Sequence record: SRR31156797_2079
Direction: 5' to 3' (one strand)
DNA length: 43,701 bases
Positions within the stretch are counted from its first letter, which is position 1; every line of letters starts with the position of its first letter. The notes under the pieces were generated by a model. It ran no database searches. It was given only the letters and a program-made list of their open reading frames with translations, and was not told the DNA's origin. Positions 28,848 through 37,777 of this stretch are shown here, one piece after another. The translations under genes and the position numbers were made by a program.

Positions 28848-29486
28848 TTATATTTTTTTCTCAAGCACTTTAGCATATGTACCATCAGGCTGCTCAGTAA
28901 AATCAAGTTTTTTCAAATATTTAAAATACTGGTCACTATGTGCATCAGCTATTACTTTCTCAAATCCCTGTTCAAGAAACCAATTTCGCAAACGAGAATA
29001 AATATATCGCCCATTCTTAAAATCACGATACTTTGGCCCAACATAATCTAATCCAACACGCAACACATTTCCATCCTCACGATGAGCTAAAAACAACCCT
29101 GCAACCTGCATATCCCTCAATATAAAGAAACTTATGGTGTTCATTTCCGGTTTATAGATAAAACCTGGGAAGAATCGCTGAATTTCTGCTTCATGAAATT
29201 CAAGATAACGCGCTAAATATTTATTGCTAGGTCTAACTTCCAAAGTTTCAAAAACCTCTTTCTTATTAAAGATTAAATAGAGGAAATACAAATCAACCAT
29301 CACAATAAAAAGGTTCATAAAACCAACAGGCAATGCGCCAATTAAAAAACCATACAAACTAAATGTAGCTGCTCCAACTAAGTTAACGATTCTGAATTTC
29401 ACAATCGAACTTATCGTCATGGATATGGCAATGATTACAGATGCTGCATATCCGATCCACTCTAAAATACTTAATTCCATGCTCAC
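28848..29486 (-). CDS. YgjV-like membrane domain fused to a GNAT-like soluble domain
   Basis: N-terminal GYAAS..FRIVNLVGA..YG hydrophobic segments; C-terminal LDYVGPKYRDFKNG and KYLKKLDF resemble GNAT motifs A/B. Confidence 0.6.
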   Translation of the reverse strand: MSMELSILEWIGYAASVIIAISMTISSIVKFRIVNLVGAATFSLYGFLIGALPVGFMNLFIVMVDLYFLYLIFNKKEVFETLEVRPSNKYLARYLEFHEAEIQRFFPGFIYKPEMNTISFFILRDMQVAGLFLAHREDGNVLRVGLDYVGPKYRDFKNGRYIYSRLRNWFLEQGFEKVIADAHSDQYFKYLKKLDFTEQPDGTYAKVLEKKI

Positions 29487-29583
29487 AAAATTTTTACAAA
29501 GATCGCAATTTCAGATTAGAAATCCGTATCAATGAAAGAATTTGAAAAAGAAACCTTTAATTATACCTTATCATGGCAAAAAA

Positions 29584-30087
29584 TCATGCAGAATATGCAT
29601 TCTCTTTTTCCTTACCCTTTAAATTAATAATTTCTGAAATATCCTCAATCATCATTATTATGTACTTCTCGCGTTCATGAATAAACAAGCGGGTAGAAAA
29701 CTGTAAATGTTTATCTGCTTTTTGATTATTATGGTCTATAAAAGGTTTTGTAAGATGCTCCTTATATACAACTACATTATTCAAATACGAATCCATGGCT
29801 GCCAACCTTAATTCACAGTCCGAACAATGCGAAGTTTTACCACATTCTTTCACTTCCTCAATTTGATATGCACAGCCAATTGCTTCGCCACATTTCCTAT
29901 AAATCAAATCTTCGTCTTTTTTATTAGAAAAGATGGTTTTCATTGGTTCATTAAAGGCCCGAAGCTCCATTTTATTGTCTAAAAGTAATACACAACTATT
30001 AATGTTGTCTAATACCATATTTAAAAAATTACTTGAATTTTTAAGGAAGCTAAAGCTCATGTTGGTGTTCGTAATATCTGAATACAT
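29584..30087 (-). CDS. Stand-alone Cys-rich PAS-like domain protein
   Basis: VLDNINSCVLLLD..RAFN PAS start; CGEAIGC..CGKTSHCSDCELR; ends IEDISE. Confidence 0.65.
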   Translation of the reverse strand: MYSDITNTNMSFSFLKNSSNFLNMVLDNINSCVLLLDNKMELRAFNEPMKTIFSNKKDEDLIYRKCGEAIGCAYQIEEVKECGKTSHCSDCELRLAAMDSYLNNVVVYKEHLTKPFIDHNNQKADKHLQFSTRLFIHEREKYIIMMIEDISEIINLKGKEKENAYSA

Positions 30088-30262
30088 GGCAATGACAGTT
30101 TGAGGTTAAGGCAATAATTAAGCACGATAATAAAACGCTGCTATTAAGCCTACTAAATTTATGAAAACAATAAGAAAAAACCAAAAAGTAATTCAATTAT
30201 AAACAAATCTACTCATCTAAAAAGCAATACTTTAAAAGCTACAAGCATTACGCTTATTAGGG

Positions 30263-30300
30263 TTAAAAAAAAAGGGCTATAAAATTATAACCCTTTTTAA
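30263..30300 (-). terminator. Rho-independent terminator of the endonuclease gene
   Basis: A9-GGGCTATAA-AA-TTATAACCC-TTTTT. Confidence 0.65.
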
Positions 30301-30318
30301 AAATTGAAAAACTCCTAC

Positions 30319-32928
30319 CTATCTTTTTACGAACCTCCTAATTTCAATTTTATCATTTGTCCTGATTTGAAGCATATATACTCCATTTTGCAACGAAGCA
30401 ACATTCAATTGACCTCCAGAAATAACATAAGTTGTTTCCATAACTTTTTGTCCACTCATATTGTAAACTATTATACCAAAATCATCCTGACTTTCAGTCT
30501 CAATATTTAATTCATCATGAGCAGGATTTGGATATATTTTATAGATATCGTTCAAGTCCAAATCATTTGCTGACAACATTGCCCTGCCATCCGTAATATT
30601 GATATTATAATCTTCAACCTCACCATAAGAGAATCCTGTTTCACATGGAGTAGCTGCACCATTATATTTCATGGTTACACGCATACGTGTATTTCCAATA
30701 CTTGCATCTAAAGGCACACTAAACGTACTCGACAATGTTCCTGCGCTAGTAGATGATTGATATGCAACGCGCTCTCCACTATCTTCAAAATCACCATCAC
30801 GATTGAAATCAATATACACATGCCAGTATTCAGTATAACTTGAGCCACTGAAACCACAACTATAGCTAACAGTGTATTGACTTCCTGGAGATAAATCTGT
30901 TGACTTATTTGTATAATCAGCATATCCACCATCGTTTCCAGTGCTATTATAAATACTACCAAGGCTCACTAAATCAATCCACTCGTAACTTGAGTTCGAT
31001 CCATAAGAAGCGCAGTAATTATCAGGTGCAGAACCATCATCTCCAGGAGGAGTTGTTCCACCGCCACTGCCTGAAATACAGAAATCAGTTGATTCAGAAG
31101 ATCCATAGTCACCTCCAGTTACAATTACATCGTTATTTCCGTCGGTAAGTGTATAAGATCCATTTCCGTAAGAACAGCAAATTCCATCACCATATGAATC
31201 GTAAACTATAAATTTGTAATCACCATCAGCAAGACTTATTACCTGACTATAATTAGAATTCTTGTTTGAATATCCACTACCAGAAGCTACTGTTTGACCA
31301 CTGCCATCTTTTACTTCCCAACTGGTTTCAGTAGGATAATTATCGGTAGTTAAATTTAAAGTAAGATCACTTACGAAGCAATTGTTTGAAACCTCATCAA
31401 GCGTGGTAACATAAACCGTATTTGAAGCACCAGAGATATTTCCTGCCTCATCTTTTGCTTTTACATAAAAGCTATATGATGTATTGGCAGTTAATCCACT
31501 AACACTAGTAGATGTTGAAGTAACACTTGTCAAATAACTTCCATTTCTATATACATTGTATCCGGTAACATCTACATTATCTGAAGATGCATTCCAACTC
31601 AAACTAAGAGTAGTTTGAGTTACACTTGAGGCTGTAAGACTGCCAGGATTGGTTGGTGCTTCTGTATCTGCACCGCCGCCACCATCAATTGTATGTGAAC
31701 CCAAATAGCTAAACTCATCGCTACTATAGGTTGTCCATTCACCTGTAGAATAAGATGTATTGGGTGAAGTTACATTAGCATTTCGCACTAACGTTTTATT
31801 TGCACCAAAATAACTAGTGCTATTATAAGTACCAACAACATCAATCAAAGATCCATTTTTAAATAATGCAACCGGGTCGTTACCATTAAAAGAAATGGCA
31901 GACGATGAAGTTACTAAATCTGCAACACTTGTTACTGCACTACTTGCATTACTATTCGCAATTACATAAACATCACCATGTGCTAAAGTTCCACTAAGTG
32001 ATAACTCATAGGACCATGAGCCAGCTCCATTTGCCTGTTTGAAAATGGAATAATTACTAAGATTTATACTTTGACCTGTAAAGTTTGCAATCTCAATGGC
32101 TTTATTATAAGATGAGCCTTCCACATACTCAGAAATAAACAAATCACCATCCGTCCCAGGATTTGTTTCAAATCCCCATGCCGCAGCAACTGCGTCCGGA
32201 TAATCAATATAAGGATTCCGATCTCCCTGATAATTTTCAATGCGACCATTTCTGGCAATTTCTGCTGCATCAACAGGGTCATCTAAATGCCACTGATAAA
32301 TTTCATTTATATCGGCCACCAAACTCATATCGCCAGCTTGTGTGGGGTACATTGTGTAAAAATAGAAGATTGCTCTTGCCACATTTCCCTTATGATCTTC
32401 GCGGGGTTCAAATTCTGAATTGGCATACTCACTATAAGCATCAATATTACTTGATGGAATTGTAGTTTGTGAATTAGTCAAATACATCCATTTTTCGGTT
32501 TGACTATCATTTATTTCTGCAAAAGGATGGTTGGATCGTGTGCTGTTCCAGTTTTCATAGGTTGGATATAAATGATGAATATCCGAAACCATTGGATTTG
32601 CTTCGTTAAATAAGCTTTGTGGAACAGTATGCTCACAATTTATGGGAGCTGGATAAGTTGTTGTTCCCCCATAAGGACTGTTAACCTGAACACCTGAATA
32701 CACGCAGGTAATAACTCCATTATCATTATCGATGTAATTGTAAAGATACTTGCGGGCTGTAGTATAGCCAAGTGTCTGATGCTTACCATCATAATAATTT
32801 TGCTTTAGCCATGTGCGCAAATCTTGCCCTGATAAATTGGAGGGTGGAGTTTGAGCGTAAACTGAACTAAAAAAAGAGAATAAAAACAGAAAACAAACGA
32901 GTTTGAAGGATAATAGAAAAGGTCTCAT
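30319..32928 (-). CDS. T9SS-secreted endonuclease I family nuclease with lamin-tail, Fn3 and GEVED domains (probable start 32928; ORF extends to 32976)
   Basis: NCEHTVPQS, DIHHLYP, EPREDHKGNVARAIFY, QGDRNPYID; LFISEYVEGSSYNKAIEI (LTD); WNASSDN..VKAKD (Fn3); GEVEDY; IYPNPA..GVY CTD. Confidence 0.9.
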   Translation of the reverse strand: MRPFLLSFKLVCFLFLFSFFSSVYAQTPPSNLSGQDLRTWLKQNYYDGKHQTLGYTTARKYLYNYIDNDNGVITCVYSGVQVNSPYGGTTTYPAPINCEHTVPQSLFNEANPMVSDIHHLYPTYENWNSTRSNHPFAEINDSQTEKWMYLTNSQTTIPSSNIDAYSEYANSEFEPREDHKGNVARAIFYFYTMYPTQAGDMSLVADINEIYQWHLDDPVDAAEIARNGRIENYQGDRNPYIDYPDAVAAAWGFETNPGTDGDLFISEYVEGSSYNKAIEIANFTGQSINLSNYSIFKQANGAGSWSYELSLSGTLAHGDVYVIANSNASSAVTSVADLVTSSSAISFNGNDPVALFKNGSLIDVVGTYNSTSYFGANKTLVRNANVTSPNTSYSTGEWTTYSSDEFSYLGSHTIDGGGGADTEAPTNPGSLTASSVTQTTLSLSWNASSDNVDVTGYNVYRNGSYLTSVTSTSTSVSGLTANTSYSFYVKAKDEAGNISGASNTVYVTTLDEVSNNCFVSDLTLNLTTDNYPTETSWEVKDGSGQTVASGSGYSNKNSNYSQVISLADGDYKFIVYDSYGDGICCSYGNGSYTLTDGNNDVIVTGGDYGSSESTDFCISGSGGGTTPPGDDGSAPDNYCASYGSNSSYEWIDLVSLGSIYNSTGNDGGYADYTNKSTDLSPGSQYTVSYSCGFSGSSYTEYWHVYIDFNRDGDFEDSGERVAYQSSTSAGTLSSTFSVPLDASIGNTRMRVTMKYNGAATPCETGFSYGEVEDYNINITDGRAMLSANDLDLNDIYKIYPNPAHDELNIETESQDDFGIIVYNMSGQKVMETTYVISGGQLNVASLQNGVYMLQIRTNDKIEIRRFVKR

Positions 32929-33276
32929 AATAGTAGGTTTAGTTAATGATGAAACTAATTTACAATTGATTAACATTTAATACCATTACAATTTTTATCA
33001 AAAAGTAAGCTCGCTAAAAGCGCATAACATTAAACTAAAATCCATTTAATGTTTAGAACTTAAAAAGTTATCACTAGATATTAAAGCTACTGTTTTACAA
33101 TAAACAAAGGGATTTCAGACAACAAACTAACATCTATAATTTTAGTTTTGACGACCCAATACATTTTGTTTTATATTACACTTACGTATTGCTAGTAAAA
33201 TGATTAAATTAGAGGTGCGGAATTATATTTTTCAACAATCGCATGTGAATAAACCACAACTAAATTTCTACAGGCA

Positions 33277-34764
33277 ATGGACCTGATAAACGAATTCGCT
33301 TTCATATTATCTAAAAACACACCTGGTGACTTTGACACAGCATTACCTGTGAATTCAAAAGTCAGAACACTCTATGAATTAATTACAAATGGGAAAGCGA
33401 AAAACGACAAAGAGGCCGCAAAAATCATTTACAATTCCACAAAAGCAGATAAAAAATACCTCATGCTTAAGCGTAACCTGGTTCAAAAATTATCAGACTT
33501 GGTTTATCGCCAAAGTTATGAGGAGACAAATGATGAAAACTACATGACAATCCATTTTCAAGTTGAAAAAGAGCTATTGATTGCAGAGAAACTTCTGCTG
33601 CAAAATGTGTATCATAATCCTACCAAAATAATATCAAAGGTTGAACAAACTGCCGAAAAGTATTTCTTTATAGATATACAAGTAATGGCAGCCCGTAAAT
33701 TTCGTTCGGTATTCTCGCTAAAAGGTTACCCAAAAGAAACGGAAGAATATGATGAAAAGGTAAAGGAATTAGTTAAACACCAAAATTACTACAATGCTTC
33801 TCGCGGTATGTGGGAAAAAATATATAGCAAAACCAAGTTCACAATAGCCAAAACCGAAAATCTTATAAATGAGTGCGGAGAATACATCCAAAAAATTGAA
33901 CCCTGGTTAAAAAAATACAATAGCCCTTTCATCAAGATCTTTTTATTCAAGATTAAGATTGTCTATTATCATCAGCAAAATGAACATGAAAAGATTTGGC
34001 ACACGCTGCAGGAATTAATTGATTTAATAGCAGAGTATGCGTTTATTGACAACAAAGCACTACAGCTTGAGCTTAATTATTATATGGCCAGGTATTATAG
34101 AGATACCATGCAAATAGAACAGGCAGAAAGACACATTTCTGCTTGTCTTAATTTAAGCGACTATCGGGCTTTTAATAAATTTCTCATTCAGGAACTAAAT
34201 TTTGACATTGCCATAAAAAAAGAGAAATACACAGAAGCCTTTGCTATCCTCAACGAAGTAAAATCAGTATCGCAATACCAATTTTTAAATCCGTTCGATC
34301 AATCTGCCTGGACACTCAGAGAAGGATTTCTTTTTATTGCCTTAGTAACTCAAGATGAAACAGAACTCATTTCCAAACTTCCAATTTTAGGTCAAGAAAA
34401 AGCGCTGTCAAATTTCTTAGTTGCCACAAAAAAATCAACCAAAGGCAAATATGGTTACAACATTATGCTACTCATGATAAGAGTTCTGCTTTTTAAAATA
34501 TTCGAGCAGCAAGAAATTGACAATGAAGGAAATAACCTACTAATATATTATCATCGATATTTAAAAGAAATCAATAGTCAACGAACGGTAGCATTCTTCC
34601 GACATTTGGGAAAATCAGCGGCACAAGGATTTGATATAGAGGAAATGAAAGAGCGAAAAACTAAATTCCACAAAAGGTTACAGGAAATCAACTGTCCTTA
34701 TTATGATGCTTATGAAACAATACCTTATGAAAGGCTTTGGGATATGGTGATGGAGCTAGTTTAA
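33277..34764 (+). CDS. Hypothetical cytoplasmic all-helical protein; possible N-terminal winged-HTH plus TPR-like repeats
   Basis: 495-aa ORF without signal peptide; DKEAAKIIY..KKYLMLKRNLVQKL; helical A..Y/L patterns. Confidence 0.6.
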   Translation: MDLINEFAFILSKNTPGDFDTALPVNSKVRTLYELITNGKAKNDKEAAKIIYNSTKADKKYLMLKRNLVQKLSDLVYRQSYEETNDENYMTIHFQVEKELLIAEKLLLQNVYHNPTKIISKVEQTAEKYFFIDIQVMAARKFRSVFSLKGYPKETEEYDEKVKELVKHQNYYNASRGMWEKIYSKTKFTIAKTENLINECGEYIQKIEPWLKKYNSPFIKIFLFKIKIVYYHQQNEHEKIWHTLQELIDLIAEYAFIDNKALQLELNYYMARYYRDTMQIEQAERHISACLNLSDYRAFNKFLIQELNFDIAIKKEKYTEAFAILNEVKSVSQYQFLNPFDQSAWTLREGFLFIALVTQDETELISKLPILGQEKALSNFLVATKKSTKGKYGYNIMLLMIRVLLFKIFEQQEIDNEGNNLLIYYHRYLKEINSQRTVAFFRHLGKSAAQGFDIEEMKERKTKFHKRLQEINCPYYDAYETIPYERLWDMVMELV

Positions 34765-34768
34765 ACAT

Positions 34769-34803
34769 CAAATCCCAAAACACAAAATTCAATTTCCAAA
34801 TTC
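34769..34803. repeat. Five degenerate 7-bp tandem repeats
   Basis: CAAATCC-CAAAACA-CAAAATT-CAATTTC-CAAATTC. Confidence 0.5.
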
Positions 34804-34832
34804 GAACAACAAAATAATAACATAAAAATATT

Positions 34833-34925
34833 TTACCACTAAGAACACTAAGAAGTCACAAAGTACACCAAAATTTCAACTACTCCTTTGTGAACGTTGT
34901 GCATTCTTTGTGCGCCTTGTGGTTA
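34833..34925. repeat. Palindromic element of CACAAAG/CTTTGTG heptamer pairs
   Basis: Four CACAAAG-like motifs spaced 9-11-9 bp, mirrored by four CTTTGTG-like motifs spaced 9-11-9 bp. Confidence 0.7.
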
Positions 34926-34965
34926 ATAAAATGAACATTATAAAAATATTATCCCATAATTCCTT

Positions 34966-35343
34966 TTACAAAGACTGCCTTACATCAAATTCCATTAATT
35001 CTATAGGAGCGCCATTATGTTCTATCATAGCTACCCTAACACCTTCAGAAGGTGGATTAGGTGGCGCTAGAATTTTAAAATTGTGCTTTTCCAACTCAGC
35101 ATCCAAATTATCAACCACAAATGCTAGATGTGGAACCTTTTGAATCAACTCATGCACCGGACTATCTTCTTCAAAACGCATCCATTCAATACCAAACGGG
35201 CTTGAATCAAACCCGGAGATATAAAACTTAAACTGTGACAAATACTTTTCATTAGGCATTTTAATAGTAGTAGGCACACCCAGATGGTGATATTTCCATC
35301 CCCATTTCTCGGTGGCTTCAGGTAATTCGTGGTCTTCTCGCAT
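34966..35343 (-). CDS. VOC/glyoxalase-like family protein
   Basis: YHHLGVP, HLAFVVDNLD and GAPIELME metal-ligand pattern. Confidence 0.7.
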   Translation of the reverse strand: MREDHELPEATEKWGWKYHHLGVPTTIKMPNEKYLSQFKFYISGFDSSPFGIEWMRFEEDSPVHELIQKVPHLAFVVDNLDAELEKHNFKILAPPNPPSEGVRVAMIEHNGAPIELMEFDVRQSL

Positions 35344-35347
35344 ATTC

Positions 35348-36043
35348 CTAATAATATTCTATCTCCCTTACTTGGATATGATCTGGTTCATCCTGATAAT
35401 CTGCAGCATAGTCTAATCTTTTAGTCCAGTTCCCTTGCTCATCGACTTCCAGATATTTGAATATTCGATGACTATTCAGGTTATTCTCCAAATCTACTTG
35501 TTTTTGAGAAATTAGAAATCCATTCTCATTGTATTCAAACTGAGTTACAAACCCTGTCACTGGTTCTCCTGTCCTTTTATACTTTTGCTTTATAACTCTT
35601 AAATTCTCTATAAATGAAGTTCCGGTTGCAAGCAACTCACCTAAAGTATCAAAAGATTCAAAGTTTATTTGGTTGTCAGAAATATACTTATATTTTGAAA
35701 TAGATCGGTATTCTCCATCCCCACCAAAGTATTTTTCTTCAGTTAACTTACCATTCTCAAATGCCGGAACCAATTTACCAGATACATTTAAATCTCGATC
35801 CAGGTATTCCATCTTTTGATATTTTCCCTCTTTATCAAATGTGACTCTTGAATTACCATAAACCTGAAGTTCCTCTTTCTCCCAATTTTCACCTTCACCA
35901 ATTACAGTATAGTGTAATTCTGTGCATGATTTAACTTTGCCTTTAAACCCAAATCTTTCAAGGTCAGTATCTTTTGCACATGAAAAGAAAAAGTATAAAG
36001 AACCAAGAAGAACAAAAATAAATAGTATGCTTATTTTTTTCAT
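35348..36043 (-). CDS. Hypothetical lipoprotein with YD-like beta-hairpin repeats
   Basis: Lipobox FFSC; GFKGKVKS, FEYNENG, DEQGNW, REIEYY. Confidence 0.65.
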   Translation of the reverse strand: MKKISILFIFVLLGSLYFFFSCAKDTDLERFGFKGKVKSCTELHYTVIGEGENWEKEELQVYGNSRVTFDKEGKYQKMEYLDRDLNVSGKLVPAFENGKLTEEKYFGGDGEYRSISKYKYISDNQINFESFDTLGELLATGTSFIENLRVIKQKYKRTGEPVTGFVTQFEYNENGFLISQKQVDLENNLNSHRIFKYLEVDEQGNWTKRLDYAADYQDEPDHIQVREIEYY

Positions 36044-36059
36044 AATTAATGTTTTATGG

Positions 36060-36707
36060 TTAACCGATCTTCTTTAATATTTTTTGCACCCTTTTACGTG
36101 TGGCATTTTTCTTTGCATCAGCATACAATTCGGCATTTTTCTTAATTAGGACTTTAGCCTCATCATTCACATGGTCCAGAATATTGTAAAATGCTTCTAA
36201 AATCCAATCTATTTCGTTCTCACTGGCATTTTGCAAAGCATCATCCAATATGGGTAAAACCTCATTAGCAGTTTTAGAAGAAATAGCTCCCACTCTTCCT
36301 AAATAAAGGTGCACTGCACCTGACAAACACACTCCGGCATTTTCTCCCAAATATGCTTTACCATAATCAATTACAGAAGATGCTACTTTTGGATTTAATT
36401 TCGCACAAAACCCAAAAACCTGCATTAACATCCAACGCGTTTGAGGTTCTTTAGCATCCAAAGCAGGTTTTAATTTATCTAATTTATCAGCGATTAGTTC
36501 AGGTTGCTTTTCTGCTACCTTTTCTAAAATTTTAGCTGCTCCTGCTCTAATGTTTTTGGCTTTTGGGTTTTCCAATTCATAAGAGACATATTGAATAGCG
36601 TCTTTCAATATAGTATGATCTCCTTCAAGCACTTTTACTGCCAACTCTTTTCCTAGGGCAGAGGAAACAGTTCCTTTGTTATTTTGCAGTAATTCAAATA
36701 GATTCAT
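36060..36707 (-). CDS. Hypothetical HEAT/ARM-repeat protein
   Basis: NIRAGAAKILEKVA..P.LI and PQTRW helical repeats; upstream -7 element TAATTTTG at 36725-36732. Confidence 0.6.
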   Translation of the reverse strand: MNLFELLQNNKGTVSSALGKELAVKVLEGDHTILKDAIQYVSYELENPKAKNIRAGAAKILEKVAEKQPELIADKLDKLKPALDAKEPQTRWMLMQVFGFCAKLNPKVASSVIDYGKAYLGENAGVCLSGAVHLYLGRVGAISSKTANEVLPILDDALQNASENEIDWILEAFYNILDHVNDEAKVLIKKNAELYADAKKNATRKRVQKILKKIG

Positions 36708-36738
36708 CTAAATAGATTTGATTACAAAATTAATAAGA

Positions 36739-36860
36739 CAAATTACAGAATACAAATCACAAATCCCAAATAATAAAAGACCGCAATTAAACCAGGATAA
36801 AATCCATACACTATTATAATGTTATAGTTTGGAATTTGGATTCTGTTTATTGGAATTTAT
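36739..36860. repeat. Inverted array of 7-bp repeats
   Basis: CAAATTA-CAGAATA-CAAATCA-CAAATCC-CAAATAA ... TTTGGAATTTGGA..TTATTGGAATTT. Confidence 0.55.
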
Positions 36861-36869
36861 TATCAGCAA

Positions 36870-37634
36870 TCAAATTATTCCATTTATAAAATCATCAATA
36901 GCACTTTCCAAATTATCCCTTCCAGTTATTGCATCAATGAACGCCGTTCCGATAATGGCTCCATTTGTATATGCACATACTTCCTGAAACGTTTTGCGGT
37001 CGCGAATCCCAAATCCTGTGATTAATGGGGTATCTCCTACCAAATTTTTTACCCGATTAAAATAATCTGCAACTGCATTGGTTTGCAAACTACTACCGGT
37101 AATGGCATTGGACGATACGAGGTAAATAAATGAAGTGCTCAAGGCTGCAATTTCCTTTATGCGTTCATCGGGTGTTTCCGGGCTAACTAACAGGATATTA
37201 TGCAAATCATATTTTTCAAAAAGAGGTTGAAAATTAGCGGTATATTCTTCCAAAGGCAAATCCGGAATAATGACACCATCAATGCCTACTTCGGCGCATT
37301 TTTGCACAAATTCCCCAATGCCATAACTTAGCACCGGGTTAATATAGCCCATAAGAATGCGAGGAATAGTAAGGTCTTTCATTTCTTCCAATTGCTCGAA
37401 AAGCAAATGTAAATTCATTCCATTATCCAATGCTTGTTTGCTGCTTTTTTGAATTACAGGCCCATCGGCCACAGGATCTGAAAATGGGAAGCCGATTTCA
37501 ATCATATCTGCTCCGTATTTTTGAAGCTGAGTGGCAATTTTACCCGTGTCAGCTATGTTTGGATAACCAGCGGTGTAATATATGGAGAGGATGTTGTTTC
37601 TTTTGTTTTCGAAGAGTTGGTTGAGTTTGTTCAT
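36870..37634 (-). CDS. trpA: Tryptophan synthase alpha chain (start 37634; the ORF-track extension runs into a repeat)
   Basis: TAGYP, EIGFPFSDPVADGPVIQ, GVIIPDLP, GFGI. Confidence 0.95.
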   Translation of the reverse strand: MNKLNQLFENKRNNILSIYYTAGYPNIADTGKIATQLQKYGADMIEIGFPFSDPVADGPVIQKSSKQALDNGMNLHLLFEQLEEMKDLTIPRILMGYINPVLSYGIGEFVQKCAEVGIDGVIIPDLPLEEYTANFQPLFEKYDLHNILLVSPETPDERIKEIAALSTSFIYLVSSNAITGSSLQTNAVADYFNRVKNLVGDTPLITGFGIRDRKTFQEVCAYTNGAIIGTAFIDAITGRDNLESAIDDFINGII

Positions 37635-37672
37635 GATTTTTAAGTTTAGTCGCTCTGATCTATAAGTAATAG

Positions 37673-37767
37673 TTTCTCGCAAAGAACGCAAAGATTATTA
37701 CACGCAAAGAGCGCAAAGAATTATTACGTTGCGACCTTAGGGTCTTCTTTGCGAGCTTCGCGTGAAA
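37673..37767. repeat. 95-bp palindromic element (CGCAAAG/CTTTGCG heptamers), copy 1
   Basis: Termini TTTCTCGC / GCGTGAAA; reverse complement aligns without gaps to 41403-41497. Confidence 0.8.
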
Positions 37768-37777
37768 TAAAAACATT

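Noticed and set aside
35348..36707. RHS toxin/immunity pair
   Set aside because: The YD-like protein is a short lipoprotein with no RHS core or toxin domain
37635..37691. N-terminal extension of TrpA given in the ORF track
   Set aside because: It starts at a TTG inside the 95-bp repeat; the ATG at 37634 gives a normal-length TrpA
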